DNA of 64,000 nt from Octopus sinensis (Eukaryota): assembly GCF_006345805.1 (NCBI RefSeq), contig NC_043008.1:62124001-62188000 (forward strand), written 5' to 3'. The position numbers and the translations under genes are program-made. The notes beneath the pieces were generated by a model. That model did not search any database. It was given only the letters and a program-made list of their open reading frames with translations, and was not told where the DNA came from. This document shows, in pieces, positions 50,627 to 63,379 of this stretch (position 1 is the first letter of the stretch; every line of letters starts with the position of its first letter).

Positions 50627-50872
50627 CATGATGATGAGGATGATGATGGTGAAGTTCCATGGTGAGCTGGTAGAAATGTTAGCACACCGGGCGAAATGCT
50701 TAGTAGTATTTCGTCTGTCTTAATGATCTCAGTTCAGATTCCGTCGATGTTGACTTTATCTTTCATCGTTTGGGGTCGATAAATTTAGTACCAGTTGCAT
50801 ATTGAGGTCGATCTTATAGACCATCCACCTCCCTCCAAATTTCCGGCCTTGTACATAGAGTAGAAAAGAAAT
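50455..50872. mobile_element. Two SINE A (A2 tail) copies in opposite orientation: partial - copy 50455-50590, full + copy 50659-50872
   Basis: Family motifs, separated by (AAT)n/(GAT)n. Confidence 0.75.
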
Positions 50873-51492
50873 GAGGCTAGGGACTACATAATGCTCCAGT
50901 GTCTGCTTTGGCATGGCCTCAACAACTAAATGACCTTCCTAATGCCAACCACTTTACAATGTGTGATGGATGATATTTTTTTTATGCCCTCCAGTACTAC
51001 AAAAGTCACCATGTAGCTGTTCAATAAACAAAGAATGTAGTTTCTAAGTGAAGGAAATGTGAATGCTTATTAAATCCTGATATGTTTGATAGAAAAAGTG
51101 TTTGGTTATAAGAAGTCTATTTTCAGAATCTAAAATACGTCTGTTGTATTATTTATTGAAATGTATACATTAGTAGATTTCTGAGAAATCTAAAACATAC
51201 ATAGGAACAACGAAAAATGATATTAAAAAAAAATACAATTCAAATCTTTTGAATTACTTTTTCTTTTTCCTTTGTTTTTCAGACCCATTATTTAACATGT
51301 TTCATTTTGGTATACATTAGCAGAATATTCTTATTTTAATGGCTGAAAAATATCTTATGTTGCTATAAATTATAAGGCAATTCACAGATAGTTGAAATAC
51401 TCTAATATTAGAAGAACATTAGAAATTTCTAAACTTTGTCTTATTTAGTTATTAGAGAGGATGATAAAAGAGAGGTTTTGGTTACATATACT

Positions 51493-52130
51493 CTTTACTC
51501 TTTTACTTGTTTCAGTCATTTGAATATGGTCATGCTGGAGCACTGCCTTTAGTTGAGCATATTGACCCCAAGACTTATTCTTTGTAAGCCTAGCACTTAC
51601 TTTATCAGTCTCTTTTGTTGAACCGCTAAATTACGGGGACATAAACACACCAACATCGTTTGTCAAGCGATGTTGGGGGAACAAACATAGACACACAAAC
51701 ATACACACACACACACACATGATTGGTAGGTGTGGTTTTGTGGTAAGAAGCTTGCTTCCCAACAACATGGTTGCAGGTTCAGTCCCACTGTTTGACACCT
51801 TGAGCAAATGTCTTCTGCTATAGCCTCGGGCCAACCAAAACCTTGTGGGTGGATTCAGTAAATGGAAACTGAAAGAAGCTCATCGTATATATATATATTT
51901 ATAAGTATATATTTGTGTCTTTGTATGTCTCTTCACCATTGCTTGATAACCAATGTTGGTGTGTTTATATCCCCGTATCTGAGCGGTTCGGCAAAAAAGA
52001 CTGATAGAATAAGTAGTAGTCTTACAAGGAATAAGTCCTGGGGTCAATTTATTCGACAAGAGGCGGTGCCCCAGCATGGTCACGGTCAACTGGCTGAAAC
52101 AAGTAAAATAATAAAAGAAGAAAAGAATAT
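51493..52130. mobile_element. SINE B 3' half (-, 51493-51719) back to back with a SINE B (+, 51727-52130)
   Basis: Family motifs. Confidence 0.85.
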
Positions 52131-52457
52131 ACACTGATAACCACTAACACACACACTCACACACACTCTATCTCTCTCTCTCACACACACACATATATTT
52201 ACATAGAGAAAATTATATATGAAATTACAAAGCCCTTGTCTGATGCTCTGACAAGTCTTCTCTGGAGTGGTACCAGAAAGGATGAAAACCAGTGCTGACC
52301 TGAGAGGGATTTGAACTCATTGTGAAGTGAGCTGGGAAAAACCACTACCTCTTTATTTTATTCAAGCTTATAATTAAACTGGATATCATAGAGAACTACC
52401 ATCATTATTGTTTCATTATCTCCTCTAATGGAATCAATACAAAACTACAGAAAGATT

Positions 52458-53053
52458 GCTTTCGAGTTTTGGCACAACGCCAGCAATTTCGAAGGAGGAG
52501 TAAGTCAATTACATCGACCCCCAATACTCAACTGGTACTTATTTTATCGATCCTGAAAGGATGAAAGGTAAAGTCAACCTCAGCGGGACTCAAAGCATAA
52601 AGACGGATGAAATACTTATTTCTTTACTACCCACAAGGGGCTAAACACAGAGGGAACAAACAAAGATAGACAAACGGATTAAGTCGATTACATCGACCCC
52701 AGTGCGTAACTGGTACTTAATTTATCGACCACAAAATGATGAAAGGCAAAGTCAACCTCGGCGGAATTTGAACTCAGAACGTCGCGACAGATGAAATACC
52801 TATTTCTTTACAGAGAGGACAAACGGATTAAGTAGATGTATATCGACCCCAGTGCATAACTGGTGCTTATTTAATCAACCCCGAAAGGATGAAAGGCAAA
52901 GTCGACCTCGGTGGAATTTGAACTCAGAATGTAATGGCAGACGAAATACCGGTAAGCATTTCACCCGGTGTGCTAACGATTCTGCCAGCACGCCTGATGA
53001 AATACCAGTAAGCCTTTTGTCCAACATCCTAACAATCCTGCCAGCTTGCTGCC
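52458..53053 (-). mobile_element. SINE family A multimer: duplicated head, then (core+A1 tail)x2, then core+A2-type tail
   Basis: The core repeats three times. The junctions read gatgaaatac(c/t)tatttcttta. Confidence 0.85.
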
Positions 53054-53774
53054 TTTAAAACTATACAAATATTACCTGGTTTGCAATACAAGTCTTAAAG
53101 ATGAATGAATCATGGTTTTAGCTGCAAAGATATTTCTTACATCCAATGAGTTAACAATTGCCATGGATTCCATAGTTTAGTCATTACAAGTTTCAACTAT
53201 GATAATGTGTCTTACGACTGATACACAATGGATTTATCTATAATAACTTATTTTGTAACAACACTCTATATTTCTTTCCATCATCATCTTCTCTCATGTT
53301 TTGTTGCTTCTTTAACAGAATGATAAACAGTTACTGAATACTTTAAATCTCTTCTGTAGAGTTCTTATATATATATATATTACTAAATAATCTAAAGAAT
53401 TTAGGAAAACTCATTGCCATACTTAGGAAATGTCTAAATAACGTTGAGATGAGATGAGTTGCTATTAAGAAGATTATGTAATTTTTCAAAATATTAACAA
53501 AGTCTTTAGAAGTGAAAAACTTTCCTGACAGGTATGTTTATAGGTGAAGGTATGATAGTGTTTTTAAGAAAGTTGCTTTTTAACCATGTGGTTTTGTGTT
53601 TGATCATAGAGTACTGCGCTCTTGGACAAATTGCTTCTAATATAACTTGAAGTTGACTTATGCTTTGTGAGAGAAATATGGTTGATGGAAATTATGTGCA
53701 AACCCATCATACACACATACACAAGCACATATACATAATACATATTATTTATATAATGTAGATCTATTTGGTGT

Positions 53775-54004
53775 AGCTGTGCATGAATGGTAAGAAGTTT
53801 GCTTCCCAAACACATGATTTAGGGTTCAGTCTCACTGTGTGGCACCTTCAGGAAGTTTCTTTTTTTATAGCCTTGGGCCAACCAAAGCCTTTTAAGTGGG
53901 TTTGGAAGACAGAATCTGAAAGAAACCCATCGTGTGTGTGTGTGTGTGTATGTGCGTACATGTGTGTGTGCGTGCGTGTATGTGCGTACGTGTGTGTGTG
54001 TGTG

Positions 54005-54053
<49 letters not shown>

Positions 54054-54076
54054 TGTGTGTGCGTGTATGTGCGTAC

Positions 54077-54115
<39 letters not shown>

Positions 54116-54250
54116 TATGTCTCTGTAGCTTAGCGGTTCAGCTAAAGGGACCAACAGATTAAGTTTTGGGCTAAAAATATTTAAGTATTAAAGTTGATTT
54201 GTTTGACTAAATTTCTTCAACGTGGCGTCCTAGCGTGGCTGCAGTCTAAT
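53775..54250 (+). mobile_element. Degenerate SINE B with ~190-bp internal (GT)n
   Basis: Family motifs flank 53930-54115. Confidence 0.75.
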
Positions 54251-54422
54251 GACTGGCTTGAATTAATCATGCAACATCTCACCGCTTTAAGATTTCAATG
54301 ATGTGATTGTATATTTTTAGAATGACATTAAATGGTAAGTCTGAAGATCAAATCTGGTCAGCTTGAAAATATGACTGGTTTCATCCTTTACCATTCAGAT
54401 TTCTTTGTCAGATGTAATGCTT

Positions 54423-54826
54423 ATTTACTCTTTTACTTGTTTCAGTCATTTGACTATGGCCATGCTGGAGCACCGCCTTTTAGTCAAGCAAATCAACTCC
54501 AGGACTTATTCTTTGTAAGCCTAGTACTTATTCTATTAATCTCTTTTGCTGAACCGCTATGCTACAGGGACGTAAACACACCAGCATCAGTTGTCATGCA
54601 ATGTTGGGGGGGACAAATACAGACACACAAACATATACACACACACATACATATATATACATATATACGACTAGTCTCTTTCAGTTTCCATCTACCAAAT
54701 CCACTCACAAGTTTGGGTCATCCCGAGGCTATAGTAGAAAACATTTGCCCAAGGTGCCACGTAGTGGGACCAAACCCAGAACCATGTGGTTCATAAGCAA
54801 GCTACTTACCACACAGCCACCCCTAC
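54423..54826 (-). mobile_element. SINE family B
   Basis: Full match. Confidence 0.9.
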
Positions 54827-55045
54827 GTCTATTTATTCACATTGTTTTGAATTAATCACACATTATCTTGTAGCTTCGAGATTTCAATGGTGTATTAGTA
54901 TATTTTTTAAATGACATTGCAGGCTAAGTGTGATATGTTAAATCTGGTAAATTTTGACATAAAACAGGTATAATATTTGGGCTGGATATGGCCAGATTAA
55001 ATGCTGAAGAATTAAAAACTAAAGGATTATCACAAACCATGGCAT

Positions 55046-55276
55046 CGGCGATGAGCTGGCAGAAACTTTAATGTGCCGGGCGAAATGCTTAGCGGTATTT
55101 CGTCTGCCGTCACGTTCTGAGTTCAAATTCCGCCATGGTCGACTTTGCCTTTCATCGTTTCGGGGTCGATAAATAAAGTACCAGTTACACACTGGGGTCG
55201 ATGTAATCGACTTAATCCCTTTGTCTGTCTTTGTTTGTCCTTTCTATGTTTAGCCCCTTGTGGGCAATAAAGAAAT
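55046..55276 (+). mobile_element. SINE family A (A1 tail), full
   Basis: ggcgatgagctggcagaaac…gagttcaaattccgcc…gtgggcaataaagaaata. Confidence 0.9.
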
Positions 55277-55796
55277 ATATTTGAAATGACAGAAATATTA
55301 AACATAGACATTTTAGCATAGTTCTGTATTTTCCGAGATCTCCAATTTTTGAGTTGTAATGTTTTTTTTCAGCAGGAGTTTTTTAGTATGCTGCTTTCTA
55401 ATATATTTTTCTTATGCTTTCCACAACTTAGAAATGACACATGTGCAGACAATGATCATACTAAAGTTTGAGCTCCCAAATATTTCATTAACCTGCATCA
55501 TTAATATTTCTAGCTGTATATCCAATAAATTAATGAATCAATGTTCAATGATCATAATAGCTAAGACACTTGCTGGATTATGTAATGAAGGTAGTGCAAG
55601 GAAATTAATCATAGCATATAATTAATATGTGTTAGTTGATGATGTTAATAAGCTGCTTCCTAAATCAAAAAATACATCAAAGCCTCTTTGTGGTTAATCA
55701 ATCTGCTAGAAATAGCAGCCCAAATCTCCCTCGTATTGCAACCTTCTATTAAACCAATGTGAAAGACAATTGAGCTACGGTAGTTTTGATATATTA

Positions 55797-56179
55797 TACT
55801 CTTTTACTCTTTTACTTGTTTCAGTCGTTTGATTGTGGCCATACTGGAGCACTGCCTTTAGTCGAGCAAATCGAGCCCAGCACTTATTCTTTGGTCTCTG
55901 TTTGCCAAATCGCTGTTACAGGGACGTAAGCACACCTGCATCGGTTGTCAAGCGATGTGGGCGGGCGGGGGGGGGGGGCAAACACAGACACACAAACATA
56001 TACACACACATACATACATATACATATATACGATGGGCTTCTTTCATTTTCCGTCTTCCAAATCCACTCACAAGACTTTGGTCGGCCCGAGGCTATAGTA
56101 GAAGATACTTTCCCAAGGTACCACACAGAACCATGTGGTTGGTAAGCAAGCTACTTACCACAGAGCCACTCCTATGCCT
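55797..56179 (-). mobile_element. SINE family B
   Basis: Full match with two small deletions. Confidence 0.9.
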
Positions 56180-57559
56180 ACATAAAAGACAGGATGGTTA
56201 CAGCTGAAGCTCTTTTGGTCATAGGTCAGCTACATCATGGTAGAATTGAGTTAAACAACAAGAAGATCAACAACAACAACAACAGCAACAGCAACAACAA
56301 CAAAGCATGTCTCGACCATCTCCAAATTTTGCCACTCATTTTTGAAATTCTCTGTTACTTGTGCAACACAAGTTGGTAATAGTGTGTTTCCTCTTCATAA
56401 GAATCAAACTCTTATGTAATTTTGAAACAAAAATCAGTGTGTATTAAATCTAATAGTTCAATTACAGGTAATCTATTCACAATATTATTATAATTCATTG
56501 TTGGCAGCAGACAGCTAAGAATATCCATTTCTGAAGAGAAACCAAAATGAAGAGATTAAAGAATATTGTGTTTGGAATTTAGCTGCTGACTGGGTTTGAC
56601 AAAAGATTGCATTTTGTCCAGAGAAAACAATATTACTAATTAACATAAGCATTTCGTTTCTCTTGTAGTTGCTTTGGTATTTCTTGGTGTTTCATTGATT
56701 TCTTTGATTCCGATATAATTATCAATTTAAATTTAAAACAATTGTTTGTGTATCTTGTAATTAAGGTAATTAAGGTGAACAATGAAGGTGGAGTGAGTAA
56801 AAGATTAAAACAAAGAAAAAAAAGAAATGTTGCATGTACCATCAATTGGAATATGTCTGGAGATCCGTTAGTTTTATTTCAAAGAAGGATAAACACAAAC
56901 TTTAACTTCGTTTAGAAGAATTTAGATATTTAAATGACTTTAGGGGAAAACTTATAAATGTTGGTTGTTGCAGTTGGAAAACTTAATTAAGATAAGGTCA
57001 ATGTAGTGTAATAAGGGGGAAATTTCATAAAACAATATATTTCAATATTTCAGTAGTAATATTTGATGAGTCGATTCCAGATACCAAGTTTTCAGAAATG
57101 GTAAGATTAAACTAAATGATTTGTAAATAGAATAATTTTCATATATTTTAATTACTACACAGTAATTCAGGCAACTGAAGAAACCAGTACAAAGTTATTC
57201 CTATTAGAAATAGCAGTTATATATTCCTTATATTGCAACCTGCTATCTTAGAAAAAGTGTTGTCACATTTCATCATGTAATCCTAGAAGCACTATCTAAA
57301 AATATATATATAGACAGGATGATCATAACTGGAATGACTTTTATCACTGATCTTCTCAAAGATGATTGATCTAAGATAAAACTAAAATAACATCATAATA
57401 CAGCACTTTTTTCTTTTATTTTTTTACTCATTCCAGTCATTGGACAGCAGCCTTGCTGGGACACTGTCTTGAATATTTGCTCAAAGAAATCAACTGCAAC
57501 AATCATTATTTTTAAAGTTGAGAACCTACTCTATAAATCTCTTTTGCGTTAATTTGTGG

Positions 57560-57807
57560 GACACTTTATTTCTTGTTGCTCCAGTTCACTCAGCTGTAGA
57601 AATGAGTTGCAACATCACAGGTGCCAAGCTGTATCGGCTGTTGCCTTTCCCTTGGATAACACCAGTGGCGTGGAGAAGGGAGGCTGTTATGCATGGGCAA
57701 CTGCTGGTCTTCCATAAACAACCTTGCCCAGACTTGTGCCTCGGAGGGTAACTTTCTAGATGCAATCCCATGGTCATTCATGACCGAAGGGGGTCTCCTC
57801 CTTATCC
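57560..57807 (+). mobile_element. SINE family E, 5'-truncated
   Basis: Collinear with 59550-59787. Confidence 0.8.
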
Positions 57808-59443
57808 ATGGGTACATATTTATATTTTAACATGCACACGAGGGCATTCCACATGCTTTACATTGCTTATGATCTTTGCTGCTGCTGTGGTTTATACTCA
57901 TTGTTCTGGAATCTAGCAAAGGATAAAATTACCTACACAAGCTTTTCCCCTCACTACACTGAGGAATTACAACCGTGTTTCATGGTCTGCTACCACAACA
58001 GCCCCTTTATAGGATCCAGTTAGCTCAAGACATCATCAGGAGGAACCACGTCTGGTTTCAACCCCTACTCCTCTAACGTTTTGACATGGCACCCCCCCTC
58101 CTTTTGGAGGTGTCTTCAGCGCTAGTGTTGGGTGCATGTCTTCTTTCTTCTTCTTTCTTCTGTTCCCTGGCCTCTTCAGTGTAGCATCAACAAGTGTCAG
58201 CTGGCAACTGACTGACTTGTCAAATTTTTTCCCTTCAATTACCTGCCACTAGGCTCCAGAAGGCAGCCCCAGCAAGTTGTCACATGACACTGTCTCAACT
58301 TTAACTGACCAGTGAAGGCGTGTAGTCTTAGCCCACGCATTCTCTAAACGACCGTCATCACATCCTTAATAGTTGTTCACTGACCATACTTTTGAATAAC
58401 TGGGGAATCTAATGACAATATTGCATAACCACAATCATCATCTAATTCAAAGCGGTGCCTCCTCAGTTCATGCTTGGAATCTTTTCATCTTCAGAAGTTG
58501 ACTTCAAGTCTTCCTTTGGAAACGTTTGATCTAATTCCTGTTGATCTTTGAAATGATTTACATAGTTCTGAGACTACAATTTGATGAGAATAAATGTTTT
58601 TATTATCACCACAACAGTAACGATGCACAAATTAAGGTCCAGCAATCAATGTGTAAATTTAATCAATATGTAGACACTAACCCACTCAGGTTGTATTCCT
58701 CAATTACCTGAAATCTCAGGTTTGATGCTCAGTGGAATTCCTGATGTAGCAGAAATTGGCAAAAATCACTTGTTAAAATTAGGTTAAGTTAAAAATAGAT
58801 CAACCAATCAAACTAAAGTTAGGTTTTCAGTCCAGAATTAGGTTTATATATATATATATAAATGTCAGGTCTTAGGTAGAAGCAATCTAAACATATTTTT
58901 CTCTCTTTTTCATTTTGAGTACTTTATTTACAACTTTATCTACTAAGAAGGTCACCACATCTAACTATTTTCAAGGTGAAAAACTGAAGACACTAGTTAT
59001 GAGCTTATTTAATTCTAGATGACTCTGACCCACTGGAATTCAATCAAATATTTCTTGAGGATGAATAATAATTTCAAATTAATAATAGTTTCAAATTTTG
59101 GCACAAGGCCAGCAATTTCGGAAGAAGGCGTAAATCAATTACATAAACCCCAGTATTCAAAAGGGATAAAAGGCAAAGTTGACCTCAACAGAATTTGAAC
59201 TTAGAACATCATGTCAAAAGAAATGCTGTGAAGTGTTTTCCCAATGTGCTAACGATTCTGCCAGCTCACTGATTTTACTTGAGTCAATTAATAATCTTTT
59301 CTATTTTTCTACCAAAGGCACAAAGCCTGAAAATTTTGTAGGGGGAGACTAGTCGATTTTTATGAGGAAAATTAATAAACATGTGGCTCAAATGAGCAGA
59401 CATGGTTCACACAGAGCTTAGTAATGATGTAATTGTATTAGAT

Positions 59444-59787
59444 GGGTGAAGCGTATGATTCAGTGGTTAGAGCATTGGGCTTACAATCATGAGGTAGTGA
59501 GTTCGATTCCTGGACTGGACTGTGTGTTGTGTTCTTGAGCAAGACACTTTATTTCATGTTGCTCAAGTTCACTCAGCTGTAGAAATATGTTGCAACATCA
59601 ATGGTGCCAAGTTGTATTGGCTTTTGACTTTCCCTTGGATAACACTGGAGGCGAGGAGATGGGAGGCTGGTATGTACAGGTGACTGCTGGTCTTCCATAA
59701 AAACAACCATGCACCAGACTTGTGCCTTGGAAAGTAACTTTCTAGGTGCAATCCCATGGTCATTCATGACTGAAGGGAGTCTTTACC
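59444..59787 (+). mobile_element. SINE family E, full: tRNA head plus a CORE/Deu-like central segment
   Basis: A-box tgattcagtgg, B-box gagttcgattcc, then cttgagcaagacactt…gttcactcagctgtagaaat. Confidence 0.8.
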
Positions 59788-59866
59788 ATTTTTTTCTTAT
59801 TTGATTCACAGATTGCCAATTTCAGATATCCTTAATTTTTAGTTGTATCTATTTAATAGTCTCTAT

Positions 59867-60330
59867 AGGTGTAGGAGTGGCTGTGTGGCAAATAGCTTCC
59901 TGATGAACCACATGGCTTTGGGTTCAGTCCCACTGTGTGGCACCTTGAGCAAGTGTCTTCTACTATAGCCTTGGGCCGACCAAAGCCTTGTGAGTGAATT
60001 TGGTTGACGGAAACTGAAAGAAGCCCATCGTATATATATGTATATATGTGTGTGTATATATATACATATATACATATGTATATATGTGTGTGTGTGTGTG
60101 TGTGTATGTGTGTGTGTGTTTGTGTGTGTGTGTTTGTCCCCCCAACATCGTTTGACAACCGATGCTGGTGTGTTTACGCCCCCATAACTTAGCCGCTCAG
60201 CAAAAGAGACTGTTAGAATAAATACTAGGCTTGCAAAGAATAAGTCCTGGGGTCGATTTGCTCGACTAAAGGCGGTGCTCCAGCATGGCCACAGTCAAAT
60301 GACTGAAATAAGTAAAAGAGTAAAAGAGTA
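59867..60330 (+). mobile_element. SINE family B, full
   Basis: Full match. Confidence 0.9.
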
Positions 60331-61571
60331 TTCAATTACTTCTAATTTACGAGATGTGTTTAGTCTGTATTCAGATACAAACATTAGTTATCTCCTCATG
60401 CTCAGTCCGAGGTGATGGGGTCACGGGACAGTGGGATGTAAATTAGGGGAAATAGAATGACATTTACAAGAGGAAGTTTTGTGGATGGTGAGAAGAACCA
60501 GGATGTTCAAGAAGATTGTTGTAATATTTCAATAAAAAGATTTTCTGGTCATTTATTCTAAAGCTGGTCCTGATTGAGAAGCCCTATGACTGAAATTCTC
60601 CCTGCTGTTCTGAACCCATCTTCTTTTCTCGGGTTTAGTATATCTAGGACCACATTACCTAAAATGCCCTTCTTTTTTTGTAATAAGAAAGAGATATTGT
60701 TTACTTTAACTATTATTACAAATATTTATTATTTTCAGGCACAATGTATCTAGAACTACATTATTTCAATGCATTCTTCTTCTTTCCTGAGGTTAGTAGT
60801 TTGTGATATAAGGGAAATGTAGCTACTATTTTCAGCATATCAAGTACTGACTCTTGGTGTGCTTCCACATTTACTATTTTCAGGTGTATCATATATAGGA
60901 CTACATCAGTTAATATATATGCTTTGTTATTTAAGATAGTAGCATATGAAATAAGGGAAATTTAGCTACTATCTTACTGATCAAGAGAAAGCATACAGGC
61001 TCCCAAGTTTAACTTACTATTTTGGCATGTGCTTGTATTGCAAGAGCAAATTCTTGGGATTCAGAGCCAAAGATTTGATTTATATTCCTGCACAGAGGCA
61101 CGTGACTCATTTCTAGCATTCATGATTCCAAGAAGCATCCATAAAAGATTTATATTTACAAATCAGACTGTGACATAACATGAAGTTGACCACTTACAAT
61201 GGGGAAAATGCCCCTAGGGATCACGAGAAGTGATGTATTATTTATACATACATTAACATGGTGAACAAAATCATTGGAGTGTTGGACACATTGCTTTGTG
61301 TTAGGCATTTCAGCTCCTTACATTTCGATTACAAATAGCACCAAAGCCAACTTTACCTCTCATACCTTCAGGGTTGATAAAATAAAGTACTGGTCAAATA
61401 AGTTTGATGGTTTCAATCAACCCACCCTCTTAAAACTGCTTGTCTTGTTCTTAATTAAGAAAAAATTACTAAGTCACAAGTTGACAGAATCGTTAAGGCA
61501 TTGGAATAAATACTTAGCACCATTTACTCCAAATTTTTAGATTCTAACTTCAAATACCACTCTCTTTATTC

Positions 61572-62014
61572 TTTTACGCTTTTACTTGTTTCAGTCATTT
61601 GACTGTGGCCATGCTGGAGCACCGCCTTTAGTCGAGTAAATCGACCCCAGGACTTATTCTTTGTAAGCCTAGTACTTATTGTACCCGTCTCTTTTGCCGA
61701 ACCGCTAAGTTACAGGGATGCAAACACACCAGCATCGGTTGTCAAGCGATGTTGTGGGGACAAACACAGACACACACATATATATATATATATACATATA
61801 TACGACGGGCTTCTTTTGGTTTCCGTCTACCAAATGCACTCACAAGGCTTTGGTCGGCTATAGCAGAAGACATAAGGTGCCACGTAGTGGGACTGAATCC
61901 AGAACTATGTGGTTCGTAAGCACCTTGGGCAAGTGTCTTCTTCCATAGCCTCGGACCGACCAAAGCCTTGTGAGTGGATTTGGTAGAAAGAAACTGAAAG
62001 AAGCCTGTCGTATA

Positions 62015-62049
<35 letters not shown>

Positions 62050-62278
62050 GTACGTGTGTGTATATGTTTGTGTGTCTGTATTTGTTCCCCCAACATTGCT
62101 TGACAACTGATGCTGGTGTGTTTACATCTCTGTAACTTAGCAGTTTGGCAAAAGAGATTGATAGAATAAGTACTAGGCTTACAAAGAATAAGTCCTGGGG
62201 ACGATTTGCTCACTAAAGGTGGTGCTCCAGCATGGCCACAGTCAAATGACTGAAACAGGTAAAAGAGTAAAAGAATAT
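61572..62278. mobile_element. Head-to-head inverted fusion of two SINE B copies (junction 61920-61922)
   Basis: …ggttcgtaa-gca-ccttgggcaag…; both heads are clipped. Confidence 0.88.
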
Positions 62279-62979
62279 TATATTAGGTCACTCTTATATG
62301 CTACAGGTTCCATATAACTTTAGTACAACACGTTAGATACGCTATATTTTGACTAAACTGACATTTGCTCTAAATTATCTCACTCATGGGGGTAGCTAGA
62401 AAAAACAGGACTAACGCCAAATTTTTGAAAAGATAAATGAATTCAGTAAAGGATCAGTAGCTGCTTAGTATAAGTGTAGAAGGATGTAGAAATACTGGAG
62501 TTGGTGACAAATTGTGCAGTTAAAACTAGGAATGTAGTCCCAAAGTTTCAACCAGAACTGCCATCTAGGAGACAGAAATCTCCGAATTCAAACCTTTTCT
62601 GTCTGTCTTGTAACAAGACAATGGATTGTTATTGACAGACATAAGCTAGGGAAGATACAAGGCAAAGAAGAAAAGCCTTAATGGAAATACAAGTCAAGGA
62701 TCAAGTCTCATCTACCACCATACTGAGCAAGTCATCTCACTGGCTCAAAATAATATAAGGTGAATCGGGATAGATGATGCTGTGCAAATTCTCAATTTAA
62801 ACTAATTATGATTCTGGTGGCAACTGATAGAAACTTTTTGGGAGCGACTTAGAAATTGCATTTTTTTTTATTTGTTTTTCTTTTCTTGTACTAGTCTGAA
62901 GTAATAGTCAGATCTTATTTTATATGCTACTAAGTATCTCAAAAGGTCTGCAATAGCCCAATAATATCTTTTCCGTAGC

Positions 62980-63379
62980 AAGGCAATGAGCTGGTAGAAA
63001 TGTTAGCATGCTGGGCAAAATGCTTAGTGGTATTTCATCTGTCTTTACATTCTGAGTTCCGATTTCGCCGAGGTCGACTTTGCCTTTCATCCTTTCGGGG
63101 TCGATAAATTAAGTACCAGTTATGCACTAGGGTCGATGTAATCGACTTAATCCGTTCGTCTGTCCTTGTTTGTCCCCTCTGTGTTTAGCTCCTTGTGAGT
63201 AGTAAAGAAATAGGCATTTCGTCTGTCTTTACATTCTGAGTTCTGATTTCGCCGAGGTCGACTTTGCCTTTCATCCTTTTGGGGTCGATAAATTAAGTAC
63301 CAGTTGTGTACTGGGGTCGATCTAATTGACTTGCCCCCACCCCAAAAATTCGGGCCTTGTGCCTAGAGTAGAAAAGAAT
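62980..63379 (+). mobile_element. SINE family A dimer: head+core+A1 tail, then clipped head+core+A2 tail
   Basis: Junction aaagaaatagg|catttcgtctgtc at about 63212. Confidence 0.9.

Noticed and set aside
56669-56718. Plus-strand terminal-exon-like ALVFLGVSLISLIPI*
   Set aside because: It is an isolated T-rich segment with no supported upstream plus-strand exons.
58030-58125. Hammerhead-like motifs on the minus strand (GAAACCA-GACG-TGGTT…CTGATGA)
   Set aside because: Stem III forms, but only 4 nt separate the cleavage position from CUGAUGA and stem II does not pair.
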